The position numbers were made by a program, and so were the translations under genes. Below, piece after piece: positions 52,572 to 64,000 of a DNA stretch of 64,000 nt (its first letter is position 1; the number at the start of each line of letters is the position of its first letter). Origin of the DNA: the human T2T-CHM13v2.0 reference genome, Homo sapiens; assembly GCF_009914755.1 (NCBI RefSeq), contig NC_060925.1. One strand, given 5' to 3'. The notes under the pieces are model-generated. The model was not told where the DNA came from. It did no database searches and saw only the letters and a list, made by a program, of their open reading frames with translations.

Positions 52572-53727
52572 ACCTATAGAGAATCTAGATGTGGAAGGGA
52601 CCCTGAGAGATCACCTTATTATCTCTGTCTTTAAACATGGTGATATCTCATGCCAAATACTGAAAAGTTCACTGTCCTCACATAAAAAAAGAGAAATATT
52701 TAAAATTCGAAAACCTTATCTTTCAGAGTGAAACATAACTTATGTAAAGCTGAAGTTAAAAATCGGCTTTCTGATGATAAAATGTTTGGAAATGTATTAG
52801 AGCTGAGTCTCTCTGTGTCTCTCTCGCTCATGTGTACACGTGCACATCATGCTTCACTGATTCCCTTAACACGTGCCTAGTCTGTCTATTGAGCAACCTC
52901 CTACCTAGATGTCGACCTTTTTCTCAGATTTCTAAATAAATAAATAAAATTCTCCTTTTCTCACAGACTCTTCGCAAGGTCAGGAAAGAACCTGGCCCAA
53001 CCAGTGAGATGATCACCAGAGGTCCCTTTCCCAGACAGCACCGGCAGCATAAACACCCACTGCCCATTTAGTCTGGCCCGCTGTTGGCCCTTTCCACATT
53101 CCTAAAACTGTGGTTCAGAATAGATATTCCCCTCACAGTGAGTTGTGTGGTTCAATCAGGAAGGAGTAAGTTGGCATATTCAGTCTGTTTCTTCATTGGT
53201 GAAATGAGCATTATAATTACATCATGGAGCCGGGCGCGGTGGCTCACGCCTGTAATCTCAGCACTTTGGGAGGCTGAGGCGGGCAGATCACCTGAGGTCA
53301 GGAATTTGAGACCAGCACGGCCAACACGGCAAAACCCCGTCTCTACTAAAAATACAAACGTTAGCTGGGCATGGTGGCGGGCGCCTGTAGTCCCAGCTAC
53401 TTGGGAGGCTGAGGCAGGAGAATTGCTTGGACTCTGGAAGCGGAGGTTGCAGTAAGCCGAGATGGCACCGCAGACAGAGAGCAAGACTCTGTCTCAAAAA
53501 AAAGAAGAAAAAATAAAAAATAATTATATCATGGGGGTGTTATGATTATGAAATAAGGTAAAAAATGTGAAGTGCTTAGAATAGTATCCAGTACATTATA
53601 AAAGATGACTAAACGATAGTGATCATAGTAGAAGTGATAATTACTATTTAAAATAAACGTTCAGTTGATGCCTGTGATTATCCGAGTTCCAGTAAGCAGA
53701 AATCAAACAACTCTGTACATTTGTTAC

Positions 53728-53873
53728 CTGCTTCATCTTCAGCAAAGGAGATGATGAACTTGCTATGGGTGCTGATCAGCCCTGGGAAGGCACAGGACGT
53801 GGTGCTGCCCAGGCAAAGATCCTGCTTCTTCCATTTCTTGTTTTTTCTATCTTCCTGCAAAGCCATAAGTCGA
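53728..53873 (-). CDS. HHIPL2: HHIPL2 coding exon (exon 6), 146 nt
   Basis: tctag|T...G|gtaac; [48 protein letters not shown]. Confidence 0.95.
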
Positions 53874-54165
53874 CTAGACAAAAAATAAACCCTTATGTTT
53901 AGGAATCCATATATCCACTCTGCAGAATACTTTTTCTCCTAGAATCAGAGATCCCTGAGTACTAGAACTGAGTCCCCCATTAAGAGATCAATAACTAGCC
54001 TGCCTCCAAGCAACCAAAAAGCTTCTTCAGAGATATTTCAATCACCCACTTGCCCTAGATGTGGAAGTTCATGTTCTATATAAAAGGAGTTTGGACGAGG
54101 CCCAGTGGCTCACACCTGTAATCCCAGCACTTTGGAGGACAAGGCAGGCAGATCACTTGAGGTCA

Positions 54166-54422
<257 letters not shown>

Positions 54423-54828
54423 CTACAAAAGACTGATCTTATTTTCATTAGTTGTGTGACCTTTGGGTAGTTGCCCAATATCTCTAAGCTTCAGATTCCT
54501 CATCCATAAAATGGGGAGTGATAACATACTTTACCATAGGTGAGAATTTTGAAGGTTAAACAAAATAATATACATAAAGATCTCACCAATGTGTGTGGCA
54601 CATAGTAAGGGTTAAAAAAAACTACTAACTGTTATTATTATTGCTGTATGTTTATATAGTAGCAGAAAGATGCTTCCTATCCCTCTATCATCTATCTGAA
54701 CTAAAAGCAGGTTTTTAGAAGAAAAGGGAAAGGAAGTTGGTTAGACCCTGGGTGCTCATCAGAATCACCTGGAAAGTTTTATGGAAACAGAGATCCTAAA
54801 CCCAGGGGATTTTGATAAGTACACCTCA

Positions 54829-55323
<495 letters not shown>

Positions 55324-56166
55324 CTAAGAATTGCAGCATGAAAATAGAACATCTTTTCTAACAGGGACCAGATTTACTTTCCCATCTTAAACATTCCAAA
55401 ACCTGCACAAGATAGAATAATAATGGCTTGAAATATACTGAAGATCAGGCAATGGAGGAGTGTGTTCTCTGACAGACAGGAAACAAACAAGGTGAACCCT
55501 ATGATTTTTCCAGCATACTACCTTAAGAGTTTCCAGCACAGGGAGGGAAAATACAGGCAAAGCCCAGCAGGCTCCTTGAGCTGAAAAGATATTGCTGAGA
55601 GTCCAGGAAGACCAATGCAGTAAGAGATTGCAGGACAGATACTGGAGAGAAGAAAATTGCACAGAGAAAGAATGCCAGAGAGCTGCAAAAGGTTCCCCTG
55701 AAGTAATCATCAGTATACTCAACAGCAGATACATGTGAGAAAATACTTTAAAACAAAGGAAAGAATTAGAAGAAAAAGTACTTGGCATTTACTTGAGATC
55801 AGGAATAGCATAAGTATCACAGGGTATAGGTAGAATTCAGTAGTGAGGACTAGAAAGCACTAGAAAAAGCACTACCTTGGATCTGTTCAGCAAATATTAA
55901 TAGCAAGACCTGAAAGAATCACACTACTTCCAAGTAACTTAACTATGTCTCCAAGCAAAATTCAAAATCATTTATAGGAATACAAAAATATCCAGCACCT
56001 ACTAAGTTAAATTAATATTTCTGGCATCCAATCAAAAATTATGAGGCAAGTAAAGAAGGAGGAGAATACAACCCATAATAAAGAGTAAAATCTGTCCATT
56101 GAAAGTGACACAGAACTGATGAAGATGTTAAAATTAGCAGACAAGAACATTTAAACAATGATTCTA

Positions 56167-56409
<243 letters not shown>

Positions 56410-57169
56410 TCAAGTTTCTAGAGGTGAAAAATACATTGAGATTACACACACACACACACACTCAATGGAATGAATGGCTGGCTAGACATTACAAAAGAAA
56501 CAATTCATGAACTAAAGACATAGCAATGGAAACTACCCAAAATAAAACACAGAGAAAATTTTTTAACATAAATAGATCATCAGCGAACTATGGAACAACT
56601 TTAAGCAGCCCAATATACATGTAATTAGAGCCTCTGAATAAAAGGAGAGAAGGAGTGGGGACAGAGGAAAACACATTTGAAGATATAATGGCCAAAAATG
56701 TTCCATATTTCTTGAAAGCTATAACTTCACAGATCCAATAACTGCAAAAAACTCTAAGCACAGAAATATGAAGAAAACCAAACTAAGGCATATTTTAATG
56801 AAATTGCACAAAACTAATGATAAAGAGAAAATCTTAAAAAGCAGCCATAGGAAAAAAAATGATATATTACATATGAAGGAACAAACAGAAGTCTGGCAGC
56901 GGATTTCTCATTGGAATGGTGCAAGCCAGAAAATAGTGGCGCAGCCTCTAAAGAATCAAAGAAAAAAACATGTTAACATAGACTTCTATACCTAGTGAAA
57001 ATATCTTTCAAAAATGAAGGCAAAATAAAGACTCCAAAAGTGAAAACAATTCATCACTATAGACCCCATTGACAAGAAATGTTAAAGGAAGTTCTTCAGA
57101 CAGAAGAAAAATGATATCAGATAGAAACATGCATCTACCCAAAGGAATTGAGAGCATTAGGAATGATAA

Positions 57170-57545
57170 CATTCTTATTGCCACTGTAACAAATCACCTC
57201 AACTACAAATTACGACAACTTTGTGGCTTAAAACAACATACACTTATTCTTTTATAGTTTTGGTTGCCAGAACTCTGAAGTGGTCTTCACTAAGCCAAGA
57301 TCAAGGTGTTGGCAGGACTGTGCTCCCTCCAGACGCTCTGGAGGAGAATCGGTTCCCTCACTCTTTCCAGCTTCTGAAGGTCGTCCCTATGCCTTGACTC
57401 ATGGCCCCACATCACGTCACCTTTTCTCCCTCTGCCATCGTTGTTGCATCACCTTCTATCTCTCCCATCTTCAAATTTCCCCCTACCTTCCTCTTCTAAA
57501 CACACTTGTGATTTCATTTAGGACCCACCCAGAAAATCCAAGATA
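57170..57545 (-). mobile_element. MLT1 LTR fragment inside L1
   Basis: gtggcttaaaacaacatacacttattc...tcaaggtgttggcaggactgtgctccctcc...ttccagcttctgaagg. Confidence 0.7.
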
Positions 57546-58722
57546 GTCCCCCAAGTCATATACAATATGTTCTGGAACCACAGTAAATCTAAAATAGAAA
57601 TCAATAGCAGAAAGATCTCTGGAAAATCTTCAGGTAATTGGAAACTTAATAGCACACTTTGAAATAACTCATGGGACAAAGAAATCAAAAGGTAAATTAG
57701 AAAATATTTTTAACTGAATAACAATGAAAACACAATATATCAACATTTACAGGATACTGCTAAAGTAGTACTCGGGGGGAAATTTATAGCACTAAACACA
57801 TATATTAGAAAAGATGAAAGGTCTCAGATCAATAATCTCAGCTTCCATCTTGAGAAACTAGAAATAGAAGAGCAAATTAAATCCAAATCAAGCAGAAGGA
57901 AGAAAAAAGAGAAGAAATCAATGAAATAGAAAAAAACATTAAAATAACAGGAAAAAAATCAATGAACACAAAAGCTGGTTCTTATAGAAGATCAATAAAA
58001 TGGATAAACCTCTAACCAGACTGATTTAAAAAAAAGAGAAGACACAACTACCAACTGTATCTAGAATAAGACAAGTGACATCACCATAGTTTCTATAGAT
58101 ATTAAAAGAATAATAAAGGAATATTATGAACAACTGAATGCCAAAACATTTGACAACGTAGACAAACTGGAAAAATTCCTTGAAAGGCACAGACTACCAA
58201 AGCTCACTCAGAAAGAAATAGATAAGCTGAATAATTAAATCTAATAAAGAAATTAAATTTGTAATTAAAAGTCTTTTCACATAGAAAACTTCAGGCCCAG
58301 ATGGTTTTTCTTGGAAGGAAGAACACATAAGGAAAAATAATACCTATTTTACACAAACTCTTCCAGATAATTGAACAGGAGTACTTATTCTGTAAAGCCT
58401 GTTTACCCTGATTCCAAATCTGACAAATATATTACAAGAAAGAAAAACTATAGTTCACTATTCCTTCATGCACATAGATTTTAAAATTTCAAACAACATG
58501 TCAGCAAATCAAATCCATCTATATGTAAAAAGGATGGGGCCGGGCAGTGAGTCATGCCTGTAATCCTAGCACTTTGGGAGGCCAAGGTGGGAGAACAGCT
58601 TGAAGCCAGGAGTTCAAGACCAGCCTAGGCAACATAGTAAGACTCCATCTCTACAAAAAAAAAAATTTTTTTTAATTAGCTGGGTGCCACAAGCTACTGG
58701 GGAGGCTGAGGTGGGAGGATCA

Positions 58723-58836
<114 letters not shown>

Positions 58837-59077
58837 TTATGACCAAGTGGTATTTTCCTCAGAATGCAAGACTGCTCTAGCAATTTTTAAATCAATCAAT
58901 GAAATTCACCATATTAAGAAACTAAAAATTTTAAAAGCCCACATGATTCATCAAAAGATGAAAAGAAGCATTTGACAAAACCCAACATCTATATCTAATA
59001 CAAATTTTCAAAGGACTAGAAATAAAAGAAAATGTCCCCAGCCTGATAAAGGGTGTATAGAAATCACCTACAGCTGA

Positions 59078-59124
59078 CATCATATTGGTGTGATGTTACT
59101 GTGTAACATCACACCAATATGATG
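59078..59124. repeat. Perfect 22-bp inverted repeat, 3-nt loop
   Basis: catcatattggtgtgatgttac-tgt-gtaacatcacaccaatatgatg. Confidence 0.95.
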
Positions 59125-59221
59125 GTGAAAATGAATGCTTTCCCCTATTTCTATTCAACACTGCACTGAGATTAACGTAGAGCAATAAGCCAGTTAAAAA
59201 ATAAGAGCAGGCTTCAATTCA

Positions 59222-59434
<213 letters not shown>

Positions 59435-59943
59435 TCACAGACCTTCTAATAAAATTATGTTCCACATAGAAAATCCAGTAGAATCTACAAAAAAGCTATC
59501 AGAATGAACAAAGAGTTCAGCAAGGTTGCCAGATATAAGCTCAATATAAAAAAAATTCTATATTCTAACAATTAACAGTCAGAAACTGGAATTTAACAAA
59601 ATAACATTTACTATAACATCAAACACTAAGAGACAGGTAAATATGCAAGATCTCTACACTGAAGACTATAAAATACAGTAGCCATGTTATTCACAATATT
59701 TCATAACTGGGAATAGCCAAAATGTCCATCAGCAACACGGAGAACAGATGAATAAATTGTGGTGTACTCATACAACTGAATTTTACAAAGCAATAAAAAA
59801 GACAAATTACTGATACATGGAACAACATTGATGAATCCCACAGACATTACCAAATTAAAGAAGCCAAGCACAAAAAGAAGAGTACATATTATAATTATTC
59901 CATTTATATATGAAGTTCCAGAAGCAAAACTAAGCTGTGGTGA

Positions 59944-60161
<218 letters not shown>

Positions 60162-60200
<39 letters not shown>
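60162..60200 (+). repeat. (GA)n microsatellite
   Basis: Seen directly; abuts the inverted exon copy. Confidence 0.95.
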
Positions 60201-60203
<3 letters not shown>

Positions 60204-60397
60204 ATAGACAAGAAGGAGCCTTCTAGGGTGATGGAAGTGTTCTGCCTCTTGATATGGTTGGTGGTAATATGAGTGCATACATTTGTAAAACATCAAACAC
60301 CTGTGCTCTTACGTGATTATATTTCACCATATGTAAGTTATACCTCAGTAAAAATATTAAAATAAAAAGAGGGAGAAGGGACATCAGTCCTTCCTTA

Positions 60398-60562
<165 letters not shown>

Positions 60563-61750
60563 CTAAAATTGAAAGCTTCAAGGAGGAAGAAGGGGACTTT
60601 TTAATGCAGTTGCCTAATTCAGTAAAGAACACTTTACCTCTTGGTCTTCAGTAGGACAGGCAAGCAAGTGAATCATGTTTATTGTTCTCAATAGGCCATC
60701 CACAATATTTGCAAACTTCCTACTTAACTGCTATCTGCAGGCAGAGAGGAAGCCAAAAATTCCCTCCATCTATGAGGCAGTGACCTGGAAATCCACATGG
60801 CTAAGTTTTCCCCCTAGGTTGATATGGCAGAAACCCAGGTTTAAGGATATGGAAAATATTGTCACAGTCTGTAAGACTGCTTTATAAGTTAGAGGACAAG
60901 AAAAGACTAAGAAGAAGTAATAGAGTCAGAACACTAGAATTTTGAGCCAGGTGGAGTTTCTAAAGTACACCTTGATTATTGGTGTTTAGAAAGTGTCCTG
61001 GGCCGGGCACGGTGACTCACACCTGTAATCCCAGCACTTTGGGAGGCCGAGGCAGGCAGATCACGAGGTCAGGAGATCGAGACCATCCTGGCCAACATGG
61101 TGAAACCCCATCTCTACTAAAAATAAAAAAATTAGGTGGGAGTGGTGGTGCATGCCTGTAATCCCAGCTACTCAGGGGGCTGAGACAGGAGAATCACTTG
61201 AACCCGGGAGTCAGAGGTTGCAGTGAGCTGAGATCATGCCACTGCACTCCAGCCCAGTGACAGAGCAAGACTCTGTCTAAAAAAAAAAAAAAAAAGAAAG
61301 AAAGAAAAGAAAAAAAAAGAAAAGAAAGTGTCCTCTTACTTGCCTATGTGCAGAATATCATTTCAGTGGCCTGTCCCAGTTGGGAAATAAATAAAAACAT
61401 ACACCAATTTTGGTCTGCCAGTGGTTCTCAAAATAATATGCCTAAAATTAATGTAGGTAACTTATTTAAAATACAGATTCCTGGGTCAATCTCATGTCTC
61501 CAATCCACCCAAAATTCAAATTCATTAGGTCGAGGGCAGAGTCTAGGAATTCACTTTTTTAAAATAGCCACTGCCAAGATGTCTCTGGTGCCAGTGAGTG
61601 GCTGGAGGACCGGTTGGAGAAGCACTACACCACAGGACACAAACAAGGCGTGATTTAAATGACCTGCAGGGCAGGACATTCAGGTTTTATTCCCTACCTC
61701 CACCTCCAGCCCACTCAACTCATCCAAGAAATCACCCAGAGAGCTTCTTA

Positions 61751-62221
<471 letters not shown>

Positions 62222-63756
62222 TTATTTTCCTTCTTTTTTTGTACCCGCAAGTATGAGCTTGAAGATTTTCTTTTAAATCTATACAAGATATTTAAGACTG
62301 CCCCATGTTTGGCTCTAAGAGAACTACGAGGCAAAAGTTTGATGTGATCTTGGTCCATGTGACCCTGAGCAAGTTGCAGCTTCAATTCTTATTTTAATGA
62401 TGAGCACAGCTTCTCTCTGATTTGGTCTAATATGACAAAGTTTTTCAAGAAGCTAGTTATATTGTTTATTGTTTATTTAACAACGTGGTCAGTTAAAAGA
62501 ACAGAATAGAAGCTTCTGAGAGGCTCTGCCAATGACTGTGGTCTCTGGGGCTGACTTTCCTCATTTGAAAGTCAGAGGAGAGTAACTGATGGCCTTGTGC
62601 CACTGCTTCCTGTGAGGATAAGAAATTTCACGCTCAAGTAAAGGGTCTGGGATCTAATGAACACATGATAATCAGAGGCTGCTATTCTTTTTAATATATT
62701 GGCCAGGTGCAGTGGCTCATGCCTGTAATCCCACATTTTGGGAGGCTGAGGTGGGCGGATAGCTTGAGGCCATGAGTTCAAGAACATCCTAGGCAATACA
62801 GTGAGGCCCCATCTCTATTTAAAATATATAGCTAGATACATATTATTTACCTTGCGGTGTGGTTGTGATGTAAGGGTTAAATGAGTTACTGTGTATATAG
62901 CGTTTAATGCAATTCTTGAATCACAGTAGGTATTCGACAAATGTTAGCTTTGTATTATTATTAACCTCAATATTTTTATTACTAGGAATAATAGAAGCCA
63001 AGTGCTTACTGGGTGCAAAGGGCAGAAGGACCACATGACCTTTATCTAGGCAAGACAGCATCACTGGGCTCTGGCACCGTATTGTGTGGGTTGGGATTCT
63101 GTTTTTTCCACTTACTCATTGTACGACCTCTGTGTCTCCATTTTCTTGTCTGTAAAATGGATACTATTATATGTATACTTCATAGGATTCATTCATTCCA
63201 TGTGTAATTATGGAAAGACTCCCTTGTGCCAGGCACTGTCCTGAGTGCTGGTGATATATCAATTAACAAAATAGATATTAGATATAAATTCTTGCCCTTG
63301 AAGGTTGCTAAAATTACCTTCTCAAATGTAAAGTACTTAGACCAATGCCTGACAAGCTGCAAGCACCCAATACACATTGGCTCTCAGTAGTTAACTTCTC
63401 ATGTGTCTCCAGGGCCTAGCACAGCACCTGGAACATGGTGTTCAATAATATTATTGAGTTGAATTGAATTAGATGATTAGTGTGGTGAATAATGACCTGC
63501 TAATATATATATTTTTAAAATCCTGAATTCTCCTTTACATAACACTCTGACAGTTGTATTGAGCATCAATAATATTAACTACCAAAATATACTATGTCTG
63601 AAATTTATGGAACAGAAAACCAAATGTTCCTCCCATTGCCTCAGTGGAGTGGACTACATCTTGCAGTGTGTGATTTGAGTTTGATGCCATCCCTGCAAAA
63701 ACACCACACCAGGGGCTCACTCTGAAGGGACAAGGGCCCGGCCCCCATCCAGCTTA

Positions 63757-63927
<171 letters not shown>

Positions 63928-64000
63928 TTAGGATTTGACACAAGCTGAAGCTGCATCCTCTTGAGATACCCAGAAATGACTGGGCCAAGCCACCGAGATT

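Overview
Hominoid (human or great-ape) genomic DNA, very rich in Alus and carrying one young SVA. Right part (about 42.6-64 kb): the last seven coding exons of HHIPL2 on the minus strand, all with GT-AG ends and consistent phases. Left part (1 to about 42.56 kb): a mosaic segmental-duplication block. It holds four relic exons of a GTF2I/GTF2IRD2-type gene, an old internal duplication, a U6 retrocopy, LTRs (MER21, MER11, MLT1) and a full-length SVA. From memory the block resembles the human subtelomeric duplicon/lncRNA family; I could not check this. Main observations: (1) an inverted ~94%-identical copy of the 3' end and splice donor of HHIPL2 exon 3 lies in intron 5, bracketing exons 4-5 (459 nt, frame-preserving); (2) a TSD-flanked 4.65-kb insert in a GTF2I-like intron offers a frame-preserving exon, giving a possible 143-aa chimeric ORF; (3) the GTF2I-like exons are in scrambled order; (4) several short, locally templated insertions and hairpins. 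Exon numbers assume a 9-exon HHIPL2. Repeat family names are recognised by eye and their boundaries are approximate.
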